A stretch of DNA of 33,254 nucleotides, from the NCBI RefSeq assembly GCF_001194135.2, contig NC_068993.1, positions 57,966,934 to 58,000,187 of the forward strand. The letters run 5' to 3'. Under the pieces are notes generated by a model, which was not told the DNA's origin, searched no databases, and saw only the letters and a program-made list of their open reading frames with translations. This document shows, piece after piece, positions 1 through 11,513 of this stretch (positions within the stretch are counted from its first letter, which is position 1; every line of letters starts with the position of its first letter). This stretch comes from Octopus bimaculoides (Eukaryota). A program made the position numbers and the translations under genes.

Positions 1-30
<30 letters not shown>

Positions 31-31
<1 letters not shown>

Positions 32-94
32 TTTTATTCTTTTTTTTTTTTTTAGTTATTTCAGCCTTGGAACTGCGGTGGTGCTGGAGCATCA
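31..94 (-). mobile_element. Orphan retroposon 3' tail (LINE/SINE-A type) with A-rich end
   Basis: Minus strand reads TGATGCTCCAGCACCACCGCAGTTCCAAGGCTGAAATAACTAAAAAAA, matching the tails at 23063-23100, 10039-10079 and the SINE A 3' ends. Confidence 0.7.
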
Positions 95-159
95 TATATG
101 TATGTATATTTATATATACATGTACAAACGCATATATATTATACATACGTACACAAACA

Positions 160-190
160 CACACGCGCAAGCACGCACACACACACACAC

Positions 191-256
<66 letters not shown>
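160..256. repeat. (CA)n/(TA)n microsatellite
   Basis: Direct reading. Confidence 0.95.
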
Positions 257-257
<1 letters not shown>

Positions 258-361
258 CGAAGTTTATATATGTCTATATATTGGGATATAGAAATTATAT
301 ATATATGATATATTGTGTTGATGTATCTCAGGGAACATAAACAAACATTACATGTATATAT

Positions 362-1065
362 NNNNNNNNNNNNNNNNNNNNNNNNNNNNNNNNNNNNNNN
401 NNNNNNNNNNNNNNNNNNNNNNNNNNNNNNNNNNNNNNNNNNNNNNNNNNNNNNNNNNNNNNNNNNNNNNNNNNNNNNNNNNNNNNNNNNNNNNNNNNNN
501 NNNNNNNNNNNNNNNNNNNNNNNNNNNNNNNNNNNNNNNNNNNNNNNNNNNNNNNNNNNNNNNNNNNNNNNNNNNNNNNNNNNNNNNNNNNNNNNNNNNN
601 NNNNNNNNNNNNNNNNNNNNNNNNNNNNNNNNNNNNNNNNNNNNNNNNNNNNNNNNNNNNNNNNNNNNNNNNNNNNNNNNNNNNNNNNNNNNNNNNNNNN
701 NNNNNNNNNNNNNNNNNNNNNNNNNNNNNNNNNNNNNNNNNNNNNNNNNNNNNNNNNNNNNNNNNNNNNNNNNNNNNNNNNNNNNNNNNNNNNNNNNNNN
801 NNNNNNNNNNNNNNNNNNNNNNNNNNNNNNNNNNNNNNNNNNNNNNNNNNNNNNNNNNNNNNNNNNNNNNNNNNNNNNNNNNNNNNNNNNNNNNNNNNNN
901 NNNNNNNNNNNNNNNNNNNNNNNNNNNNNNNNNNNNNNNNNNNNNNNNNNNNNNNNNNNNNNNNNNNNNNNNNNNNNNNNNNNNNNNNNNNNNNNNNNNN
1001 NNNNNNNNNNNNNNNNNNNNNNNNNNNNNNNNNNNNNNNNNNNNNNNNNNNNNNNNNNNNNNNNN
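362..1065. other. Assembly gap (largest N run). Other gaps: 1640-1649, 2237-2611, 9292-9443, 10310-10366, 13227-13562, 15501-15618, 18371-18380, 19878-20083, 21913-21922, 22469-22478, 24289-24298, 28037-28198, 29546-29727, 30393-30583, 32205-32339
   Basis: N runs, nearly all flanked by simple repeats or SINE sequence. Confidence 0.98.
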
Positions 1066-1396
1066 AAATACAAATATACATCCAGTCACTGAAACACAAA
1101 CACGCTCAGACTCAGTCAAATATATATATACATACACACACACATGCATACACACATACATACACACATGCATACATACATATATACATATACACATACA
1201 TATATATATGTATATATGTGTGTGTGTGTGTGTGTACGTCTCTTACTCTCTCTTTCTTTTACTTGTTTCAGTCATTTGTCTGCGGCCATGCTGGAGCACC
1301 GCCTTTAGTCGAGCAAATGGACACCGGGACTTATTTTTTGTAATCCTAGTACTGATTCTGTCGGTCTTTTTTGCCGAACTGCTACTGTTACGGGGA
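1066..1396 (+). repeat. Exact 331-bp direct duplicate of 1906-2236 (probable assembly artefact)
   Basis: Line-by-line identity at offset 840; one copy starts at a gap and the other ends at a gap. Confidence 0.92.
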
Positions 1397-1639
1397 CATA
1401 AACACACCAGCATCGGTTGTCGAGCAATGCAAGGGGGACAAACACAGACACACAGACACACACACACACACACACACACACGTATATATACATATATACG
1501 ACGGGCTTCTTTCAGTTTCCGTCTACCAAATCCACTCACAAGGCTTTGGTTGGCCCGAGGCTATAGTAGAAGACACTCGCTCAACGTGCCACGCAGTGGG
1601 ACTGAACCCGGAACTATATAGTTGGTGAGCAAGCTACTT
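1255..1639 (-). mobile_element. tRNA-derived SINE, family A, 5' end cut by gap
   Basis: Sense strand has B box GGTTCAGTCCC, a CORE-like segment, an internal (TA/TG) array and tail GGCGGTGCTCCAGCATGGCCGCAG...ACTGAAACAAGTAAAAG; colinear with 26210-26622 and 28712-29124. Confidence 0.9.
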
Positions 1640-1717
1640 NNNNNNNNNNTATATATTCGCACATACACTTATTCAGACAGATTGATATATAAATAAATAT
1701 GACAGGCAGACAAAAAT

Positions 1718-1770
<53 letters not shown>

Positions 1771-1790
1771 CAGATAGATAGATAGATAGA
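1718..1790 (+). repeat. (GATA)n tetranucleotide array
   Basis: Direct reading. Confidence 0.95.
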
Positions 1791-2094
1791 AGGACTGTTA
1801 GTTTGATAGATGGCTGTGGTAGATAATATGTAGGTAGGTCGATGTAATGCATGTCACTTTGAAAATCGAAATTATAGGACGAATGTTGTTCTCCATTGTA
1901 CATGTAAATACAAATATACATCCAGTCACTGAAACACAAACACGCTCAGACTCAGTCAAATATATATATACATACACACACACATGCATACACACATACA
2001 TACACACATGCATACATACATATATACATATACACATACATATATATATGTATATATGTGTGTGTGTGTGTGTGTACGTCTCTTACTCTCTCTT

Positions 2095-2641
2095 TCTTTT
2101 ACTTGTTTCAGTCATTTGTCTGCGGCCATGCTGGAGCACCGCCTTTAGTCGAGCAAATGGACACCGGGACTTATTTTTTGTAATCCTAGTACTGATTCTG
2201 TCGGTCTTTTTTGCCGAACTGCTACTGTTACGGGGANNNNNNNNNNNNNNNNNNNNNNNNNNNNNNNNNNNNNNNNNNNNNNNNNNNNNNNNNNNNNNNN
2301 NNNNNNNNNNNNNNNNNNNNNNNNNNNNNNNNNNNNNNNNNNNNNNNNNNNNNNNNNNNNNNNNNNNNNNNNNNNNNNNNNNNNNNNNNNNNNNNNNNNN
2401 NNNNNNNNNNNNNNNNNNNNNNNNNNNNNNNNNNNNNNNNNNNNNNNNNNNNNNNNNNNNNNNNNNNNNNNNNNNNNNNNNNNNNNNNNNNNNNNNNNNN
2501 NNNNNNNNNNNNNNNNNNNNNNNNNNNNNNNNNNNNNNNNNNNNNNNNNNNNNNNNNNNNNNNNNNNNNNNNNNNNNNNNNNNNNNNNNNNNNNNNNNNN
2601 NNNNNNNNNNNTGGTGAGCAAGCTACTTAACACACAGCCAT
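2095..2641 (-). mobile_element. SINE family A spanning a gap (probably the same locus as 1255-1639)
   Basis: 3' part at 2095-2236 identical to 1255-1396; 5' head with A-box-like TGGCTGTGTGTTAAG resumes at 2612-2641. Confidence 0.85.
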
Positions 2642-3282
2642 GTATGTATGTATATATACATATATATATATGTGTGTGTGTGTGTGTGCGTGTGTGTGTG
2701 TGTGCATGTGCGCGTGTGTGCATATATATATGTATATAATATCTATTATGTGCATGCGCTTATTATTTGCTATGTATTCACACAGGTGGAAATATTAACG
2801 TACATACACAGGCACATACACATCTATAAGTTTAGAGTTATGCATTTGTGTGTATACATGTACATGACATGTCACAACGTATATATGCATATATATATAT
2901 CTATATCAATGTATGTTAGTATATACGTATGTGCTCATGTACATCTGTATCTACGTGATCATACAATTTTTATATACTCCAGATACATGCATAGCAATGA
3001 ACAGATGCGGTTAAATTCCTACAAGTTTAACATTAAATGTATTCTAGGCTCTTTTTCTTCTCACGCTGTTAGTCAATGAATCATGTCTCTTATACACACA
3101 CACACTTACACACACATACACACAGAAGCACACACATACACATATATATATACATGTGTACGTGCGCGTGTGTGTGTGTATGCGTGAGTGTAATTACATA
3201 TATGCATTTATGTAAGAGAACAAACGTCACAAATATGCAGTATTTATATAGCATAACGACACACACATATAGTCATAATGTA

Positions 3283-3318
<36 letters not shown>

Positions 3319-3829
3319 TCACAGATAAATGCATATAACACATACACGCAGAAAGATTATAGACTGCAATGATAGTAATATATCTAAATTAAGACAGAGT
3401 TAGAAAGAGAGACAGGTATGAACACAGACACAGGTATAAAAATACAGACACGCAATTACACATATACTTATAGCTACATACACAGATATACTTATACATG
3501 CATATAGACAGATATATATAGTTTGAGAGGGACACACTTACAGTGAGATTAACGGTGTGTGGAGCAGGCAAGCTAGGGGAAGAGGAATAAACCTCCGTTT
3601 CTTAAAACGCCATGTTGAGCCGTAAATCAACAGAGGAAAATCGCCCTCAGTACGCACAGATGCACGCATACACTCATACACGTGTATTGCTCTACGCGCA
3701 TATAGTCATTAACATATAGGCAAACAGTGGTCTGTGATCATTTATATTCATGGTAAGGAGGTAATCGATAAACACCATAACATCAATCAATAACCTTAGC
3801 AAGCATGAATCATTAATGCTGAGTTATAC

Positions 3830-3932
3830 CTGGGTATTTTCAAATTCGTATTATCGTGCAGTCACGGATGCTGTCTGTTATTGATTTGCGCTTGCCCTCC
3901 CCCGGAACAGTCCGTAAGGCGTCCAGTCTCGA
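3830..3932 (-). CDS. Candidate coding exon of an unidentified gene (SRLDALRTVPGEGKRKSITDSIRDCTIIRI*)
   Basis: Strong acceptor GTTTTCTTTTTCTTTTCAG directly upstream; 52/103 GC in AT-rich surroundings; longest frame is 30 codons covering the GC-rich part; possible donor CAG|GTATAA at 3830. No protein family recognised. Confidence 0.4.
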
Positions 3933-4006
3933 CTGAAAAGAAAAAGAAAACACCTCTTCCTTTATAATTTCATTCAGATCTTAATTGAAATATGTAGTGA
4001 CTTTAA

Positions 4007-4195
4007 AATGCGGTGAGCTAGCAACAATTGTTAGCACGCCAGGCAAAATACGTTCTGAGTTTAAATTCCGCCGAGGTGGATAAAACGAGTACCAGCTGAG
4101 CACTGATGACAGCTATTTCGAGATGGATGAAATGAGTACCAGTTGAGCCCTGGTGTTGATGTAATTAATCAACTTACTCCCTGCACTTGAAGTCC
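4007..4195 (+). mobile_element. tRNA-derived SINE family B with internal deletion and duplicated core motif
   Basis: GCGGTGAGCTAGCA..GTTAGCACGCC head, B-box-like GTTTAAATTCC, and GAT(A/G)AAA(C/T)GAGTACCAG(C/T)TGAGC present twice. Confidence 0.85.
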
Positions 4196-4264
4196 ATAGT
4201 CTTCTACCAAAGTTTTGAAACCAACATGAAATATCATTATAAACTTTCATGGATTGGTTATAGG

Positions 4265-4348
4265 TATATCTTATCAGCCCCAGTACTGACTGGTACTTTA
4301 TTTCATCGAGACCGTTAAGATGGAGCAGGGCGGAATTTGATCTCATAA
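4265..4348 (-). mobile_element. SINE family B fragment
   Basis: Minus strand AGATCAAATTCCGCC...GATGAAATAAAGTACCAGTCAGTACTGGGG. Confidence 0.75.
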
Positions 4349-4507
4349 TACAAGTAACCGTAAATAAATATATCAAACTGTTTGTCAGGCATGTATGTAT
4401 AAGTATATGTGTGTATGTATCTATAAGCGTTTCTTTCAAAATACATTCAAAATCCACCCTTTGTTTCTGAACATTCTAACATGAAATTCTTTCTAAGTTC
4501 GACATAT

Positions 4508-4640
4508 GACAAGAAATTACTAGGGGAGGGACCAAGTTGATTTACAGAGAGCCTAGCACTTAACTAATACTTATGTTATCGACCTAAGAACAATGAAACG
4601 CAAAACCGACCTCAATGGAATCGAACGTAGAATGTCAGAA
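4508..4640 (-). mobile_element. Degenerate SINE family B
   Basis: TACTTATGTTATCGACC..AATGAAACGCAAAACCGACCTC aligns with the 16650-16871 copy. Confidence 0.6.
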
Positions 4641-5598
4641 GCAATACAACAAAGTATATTCTCTGCTACACTTACAGTTCTGCTAGCAGACAGTCTTAGA
4701 GTCCGTAACAATAAATAATCTGATAAAAAGAAATTTTGCTTCTTCCACCACGCTGTATTAGTTTCAAAGTAAATTATTCCGTAGTTGCATACCGTCCATA
4801 TAATTAAGACTATATATCATGGGGTTAGAGTATCGCAGCTTTCTTGAGAGCAATACTTTAAATGCATGCTACTGAAAATATCTATTATTCAGCTTTGGAA
4901 CCATGTTTTATTTATGTAACCATTCAGCGTAAATATATTCACAGGTACGTTTGAGAGGTACAGTCCACTGCTGTAATTAATTCACATACACACATATACA
5001 CACATATACAAACGCAAACAGAGACACACAGACACAGACACACACATACGTACAGGTATAAATACACACACACGCGCACACACACACACACGCACACACA
5101 CACACACACACATATATCTATACACACACATATATATATATTTATACGTATATACATGCACACGTATATGTGAATGTAAATATGTATATATGTATATTTT
5201 CGTTCTATTCCTTGGCTCTGCGGTTGTTGTCGTTGTTGTGTCCAGCCATATTGTTTGTAATAACTCTCTGCATGGTAAGTTCAAGTTTCAATCGAAATTC
5301 ATTAAGATCGTGAGTAAAAAGGTCCCACAGTTAATTCATGTGAAGATTAACCAGTTATTTAACAGAGCTGATAGTTGTGCTTTCAAAGTTGGAGATAATA
5401 GTCATCGTATTTTCGAAAAATAATCCCCCACACCAAACAAGAGAAAAAGCGATGTATATATATCTTTATCCTGGTTATGACATTAAACTGCATCCAGTTG
5501 GGGCGATCTGGATTCGGGAGGAGCGTGGATTCACGTTCTTGTTTCTTCTCTGCTGATTCGGAATGGTTGAAACTGTCAAGTTCTCGTCTATGTGTTAA

Positions 5599-6128
5599 AT
5601 GGATTTCGTAGATCAGGCTTCCGTTATTACTGACAAAGCAGTGGGGAAGACAGCTCTTCTGGGAGAAGGACATTCTGGAAATAATCTTACTGCCAAAATA
5701 TTAGCAATCATCTTGCAACGCTTCAATCTAATATGGCGATCAACAGAGTAGCAAAAGTATTTTACAAGCCTTTGCTACTTAAATCATGTGACATACAGAT
5801 GTCTCTCTATGATTGTATTGCTTAATCCATTTTGCATTTTATAAAGTCCTACGTCAATGGATGCGTGGCGCGAAAAGTTTTGAGGTCTAGGTACATTGCT
5901 AAATCATCTATACAAGTGGTTCACTCTCACAGCGATTCATATACATCGTATCCTATTTTAATTCGGGTTCTATATGAGCGTAAGCAGGTATTGCTTTATA
6001 TGTAGGGCGGTTATATCTCAGTATAATCTTTGACAAGCATGTACATTAAACACAAAGGGGAATTGAACCTCTACATTGTTCCTGTTGACAATCAAGTATT
6101 TTACGGTCCAGTGAAAGAGGCATTTTAG
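5599..6128 (+). pseudogene. Highly decayed, intronless Rho-family (Rac/Cdc42/RhoU-like) GTPase pseudogene
   Basis: Colinear motifs across frameshifts and stops: ATG 5599; VITDKAVGKTALL (G1 P-loop, 5623-5661); NLTA..NLIW..QKY (5683-5760); LCY; TDVSL (5795); PFAFYKVLRQW (W at 5858); EV*VHC-KSSIQVVHSHSD (5882-5936); C..L-TQRG (6040-6061); PVK (6108). Most spacings approximate Rac1 as recalled, with an ~11-codon deletion after G1 and a ~5-codon insertion after the W at 5858. Confidence 0.7.
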
Positions 6129-6130
6129 CA

Positions 6131-6322
6131 TTGGTTTCCAACAAGGGAAGAACCACCTCAAATTTGAAGAAAGGAACTGTTGGTTATATCAACGTGATTA
6201 GATGACAGATGAATTATTCCCTCGACGGCGGAAAGATGAAATGTAAAGTTGAGCAGAGAACGATTTGAACACAAAATGCAAAGAGCCGTACGAAAGTTTA
6301 ATAATTCTGCCAACCCACTGCT
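6131..6322 (-). mobile_element. Degenerate SINE family B
   Basis: TTGGTTTCC tail end, GAAAGATGAAATGTAAAGTTGA core and TAATTCTGCCAACCCACTGC head. Confidence 0.6.
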
Positions 6323-8183
6323 GTGAAATGGAGCGCTTAATTTTAAACATTCATTTGCACAACATCAGAGATAGGCTTCGAAACGATATTTATTACATCC
6401 ATTAGTCTCCTAACACACCCTATAAACTCCGCTACACGACCAAACTGACAATCCTCGAGAGATATTCTAAAAGATATTAAATGCTATCCTGAATACCATT
6501 GTCATCAGGTGTGTTATCAGCGTAAAACCGTTAGTGTTTCTTTTCCTTTTTTCTTTTGCTTTTTCTTTCCTTCCTTTTTTTTTTGTTTATTTATTTTCTT
6601 CTGAAATATATCAAATGTATGATATTTTCAATATTTCACTCGTTAGATAGTAAATTGAGTTAATTTCACCGTCGTGTACAATTCTTACGATATCTGAAGC
6701 TGATAAATTGACTAAAACATGAAAGCAATTTGTAAATTACCAGGACGTCGATATTAACACACGCACACACACAAACACAAACACACACACATACACACAT
6801 ATGTATATAGTCGTACCTGCTCTCACACATACGCATGTACAATCAGAACAGAAGCACAAACGCCCTCTCATCCACATACATATATGTTCATATGCATACA
6901 TATGTTGATGTATATATGTGGTATACATAAACACACGCACTCACACATATACACATATATACATGTATGTATATATTCATATTTATGTGTATGTAATATG
7001 TATATTCATATGTATGTATCCATACAAAATATATGTGGTAACTACATACACAGGAACGCACCATAACACATTTTAGCTCGTTGAATGTAGGCATTTGTTC
7101 GCATATAGTATTCTATAACATTTAGAAATTACTTGGGGCTATGATCAGTGTCTTTGTGAATTAAATGAACGGAGAGAATTATACTCGAATATACGTATAG
7201 AATGGATATATGTATTTATGTATATTTGCCTTTCGGAAACCTTATAATTACATGTATAATCAGAGAGTAAATCGGCATAATTTAATAACATACGTTTCTT
7301 TTTTGTCTGCAACACTACAGATTATTTTCCTTTTCATTGCACTCCTTATGATATACCTCGTATTCCGGAGAAAATAGAAAAAGAATCAAAAGAAAGGAAA
7401 ATAGTTAGACACTCAAAATCTCTTAAGTTTATCTCACTATGTTACTGTAAAAGATAATAGCAAAGCGGGAAATTTGTACACTCATACACGCATGCGTATG
7501 CATATACATATATATGTATATCTCTATATAAGTATTTATAGAGATGTGTGTGTGTGTATAATTCGATACACAATTACGAAAAAGTACATTTATGATCATG
7601 TTTTTTATGATGTCTTAAATTGGCAGATTTATAAAATATGCCATGTATTCCCAAGTAATCTTTGAGGCTCTGTTCATGCATTAGATTATTTTAACAACTG
7701 GGTCGGTGGAGCATGAGAAAATAAGAAATAAAATGAAGAGAAATTTGACGTGAAATATGGAGCGAGAAGAAAGAAGGAAACAAAAACAAAGAAACGAAGA
7801 TCTTCGTCTTCTCTGATTATAAAAACCATAATTCATGTAGCTGAAGCAAAATAATATAACAGGAAGGATGCCAAAGTTTGCGAGACAGCTACACAATCCG
7901 GAGCGAATAGTGTGCTCCAGTTCGATTAAAGCAACCTGTCTATGTGTTTGCACCTGCTAAATGTTTCAGATCTGGAAATAAGCAATATGTGATATTTCTA
8001 CTATTCATAAATTGCATTTCTTACATCCATAAACGTATGACCTGGACTTGTCTACTATCCTACACTTGATTGTATACAGTGTGGAGTTGGTCATCATACC
8101 CCATACGTAGTCCACCAACTTAGGGGCCTTATTTTCTCGATGCACCAGAAATATGTGTGTAATAATAATAATAATGCCCTAGC

Positions 8184-8236
<53 letters not shown>

Positions 8237-8691
8237 TTATATATGTACATATATATCATATGTATTTAGTTCTTGTAGTTCTTTTGAAAGAATCTTGACG
8301 TCAATTTGAGTGTTGAACCAAATATTGATGTGTCTAAGAACGCTCATCATGCCAGTCAACCATTAAAATAAATACATGCACTGGTTCGATAAGATTGCAG
8401 AACACCGTGTTTTTCTGCATCTTCCTAACTTGCTTAGAGCTTATTCTAATTCGTCTTCGTAATGATGGTATAATGGCCCTCCTTGCACACAACTAGATTT
8501 GTTCCAACATACGAATTCCCATGAAGAATAATGCAAACGAATGCTAAAAAAAGAAGCTCTAGCCAAGCTAACAAGATGCTTAAAATCACCCTGTTGTTCC
8601 GTCGTATTCGACATCTGCGTGTGTTTATCTTAATTTTCATTGCCATTATGCAACTCTCAAGACATAGCAATATATGTATGCATGTATGTGC

Positions 8692-8736
<45 letters not shown>

Positions 8737-9238
8737 TGTGTGTGTGTGTGCACGATTGGCTGTGTGCGTATTTGTGTGGGTGTCTGTGTGTGCGATTTGG
8801 TGCCTCTTGGTGCGTATTCATCTTATATATAATTGGATACCAATCACAACATTTTCAAGGTTTGTTAAGTTCCAAAACACATACAGGAATAAAAGAAGAA
8901 TACTCCAAAATTTTTAGGAATTGGCAGCGTTCACTATGGGAATGAATTCTGTCTGGTTTGTTCAATATAAAACAATTTTAAAGACATTTTAATATTTATG
9001 TCAGTTAAGTTGAAGCTTGTTATATCTTCAAAGAAAATGCATTATTGCTAACGGTATTTTTATCTAATAGAGTGATATTCAAAATATTCTTAAAGATAGC
9101 ATTGTATTCACACATTCTGAGCTGCTACTTACTACCAAATCGGATTTCTACTAACACTAACATACACGCACGCACACACACACACATATATATATACATA
9201 TATATACATATATATTTATATACACTTATATATATATG

Positions 9239-9271
<33 letters not shown>

Positions 9272-9857
9272 ATGTATATATATATATATATNNNNNNNNN
9301 NNNNNNNNNNNNNNNNNNNNNNNNNNNNNNNNNNNNNNNNNNNNNNNNNNNNNNNNNNNNNNNNNNNNNNNNNNNNNNNNNNNNNNNNNNNNNNNNNNNN
9401 NNNNNNNNNNNNNNNNNNNNNNNNNNNNNNNNNNNNNNNNNNNNTATATATATGAGTACAGAGTGCATTCCTCCTTGTATTACTTCAAAATGGACATGCC
9501 AATTTACTTTTAAATCCAGATACTGGAATTAAATTCTACAACATGCTTCGGCGAAGTGCAGGCCATTCACAGCATTATAACAGGAAAAACGCATCTCGCT
9601 TTAAACACATAAAACTTCAACAAATATATTGTTCTAAGCTTTCCGTAGGCTTTCTCTTTTGCTCTCCGCGAACACGATCTGAATAACCTCTAATGACATG
9701 TATGATGCCTGCCGCAAGTTAGGATATTCCACTTGATCTTATACCACTAATCAATACCTGGTCGCCTCTCTGGTGATAAACCTTTCATCGTTTTGCATGA
9801 AAGCTTATCTTAAGAAAATCTGCTCAACTAGAGGTTTTTATCATTTCTAGTGTGTGT

Positions 9858-9990
9858 GGAATTCAAATTCCGCTGAGGTTGACTTTAAATTTCATCGATT
9901 CGGGGATCTATAGAATTAAACCCATTTGAGCGCTGGGGACGACATAATCGATTTTCCCACTCCCCCAAGTATCAAGCCTTGTGCCTATGG
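9858..9990 (+). mobile_element. 5'-truncated SINE family B
   Basis: ATTCAAATTCCGCTGAGGTTGACTTT...CTGGGGACGACATAATCGA...GCCTTGTGCCTA. Confidence 0.8.
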
Positions 9991-10038
9991 CTTGATGATT
10001 TATTAGAATATATATATATATATACTAATAAAAAATCA

Positions 10039-10103
10039 CGGTGGTGCACCAGCATGACCGCAGCCACTTGGCTGAAACCAATAAATAAATAAATAAATAA
10101 ATA

Positions 10104-10105
<2 letters not shown>
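10039..10105 (+). mobile_element. Orphan LINE-type 3' tail with (AATA)n end
   Basis: CGGTGGTGCACCAGCATGACCGCAGCCACTTGGCTGAAACC closely matches the LINE end at 23062-23100. Confidence 0.75.
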
Positions 10106-10140
<35 letters not shown>

Positions 10141-10366
10141 ACAGGCATATAGACATACAGTCATGCACATGTATACATACATAGATACAGACATATATAT
10201 GTATATATCCATATATATATATATGCATATATATACATATATCCATATATATATATGCATATATATACATATATCAATATATATTTATATATATATACAT
10301 ATATATATANNNNNNNNNNNNNNNNNNNNNNNNNNNNNNNNNNNNNNNNNNNNNNNNNNNNNNNNN

Positions 10367-10425
<59 letters not shown>

Positions 10426-10914
10426 CATAAAGACACATATGCATACAGACATGCACTTATAAGTTGGATATGAGAATTAAATTGTTTTTCTTTGCTAAAG
10501 TTTTCTAACATGAAGTGACCTTCATTTCTGTGGTTTTATTAATATTGTCAATAATTTCGTAATGGAAATTAAAGTTTTCGTGTCGAGACTTTACAAGATG
10601 TACAAAAGTAAATGAATCGCAAATGATTAGATAAAATGAAATAACATGTAATTATTAATGTACATTTGCCATTACCAACAATAACACCATTGTGCACACT
10701 TACACAAGTATATTTGCACACACACTCACACATGCACGCACGCACGCACGCACACATATGCACATTCATATACTTATATAGGTATGTATAGCTAATAGTA
10801 TGTATATCTGTCGATATAAATATTCACAGAGCGTCTGTGTCTGACAGCATTTTCTGGTTATTACTCACAATTAATAAGGCAATAAACGCATTATCTCAGA
10901 ACGATGCCACCATC

Positions 10915-11513
10915 TAACATATTCATTAATATTGGTTTCGAATTTTGACACAGAGAGAAATAAATCGATTCCACCGATTCCAGTGTTCAACAGATATTTA
11001 TTTTATCAATTTCGAAAGGAGGAAAAGCAAAGTCGGAAGAAATGCTGCTAAGCATTTTGCCGCCAAACATGCTCGTCAAAACTGGTTTCAAATTTTGCCA
11101 CAAGGCCACCAATTTCGGCGGAAGGTTTTAAGCCGATTACATCGGTATTTATTTTACCGACCCCGAAAGGATGAATGACAAAGTCGATCTCGATAGGATT
11201 CGAACTCAGAACGTATAGTCGAACGAAATGCCGATGAGTATTTTGTCCGGCATGCTAACGATTCAGTGAGCTCGCCAACTTAACATGCTCATTCATTTTG
11301 GTTCCAAATTTTGGTACATCGGCAGCAATTTTGGCGAGTGGGTAAGTTAATTTCATCGACTCAGGTGTTCAATTGGTAATTATTGACCTCGGTAAGTTGA
11401 CCTCGGCAGAATTTGAATTCAGAATATAAAATGGTTGAAATGCTGCTAAGCATATTGTACAGCGTGCTAACGTGTCTGCCCGCTCGTCGCCTTAACATGC
11501 TAATTAATATTGC
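10915..11513 (-). mobile_element. Tandem trimer of SINE family B (10936-11064, 11086-11280, 11302-11492) delimited by four copies of TAACATGCTCATTAATATTGG
   Basis: Three same-orientation copies; motif at 10915, 11065, 11281 and 11493. Confidence 0.85.

Noticed and set aside
67-2723. Long ORFs of 200-340 aa
   Set aside because: They run through N gaps and (CA/TA) repeats.
4103-4132. Hammerhead-like CTGATGA...GAAA (similar at 30928 and, on the minus strand, 27245-27268)
   Set aside because: Stem II lacks proper closing pairs and no stems I and III could be formed.
5470-6120. Initial reading as an RTE-type RT remnant (PG.D, KILAIILQR, GVKQG-like)
   Set aside because: Superseded: the Rho GTPase motifs are more numerous, more specific and colinear.
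8446-8670. 74-aa minus ORF with basic stretch and hydrophobic segment
   Set aside because: No recognisable family or splice context; several ORFs of this length are expected by chance.
10915-11513. CRISPR-like pattern of a repeated 21-mer with long spacers
   Set aside because: The spacers are homologous SINE copies of 130-195 bp in eukaryotic DNA, with no cas genes.
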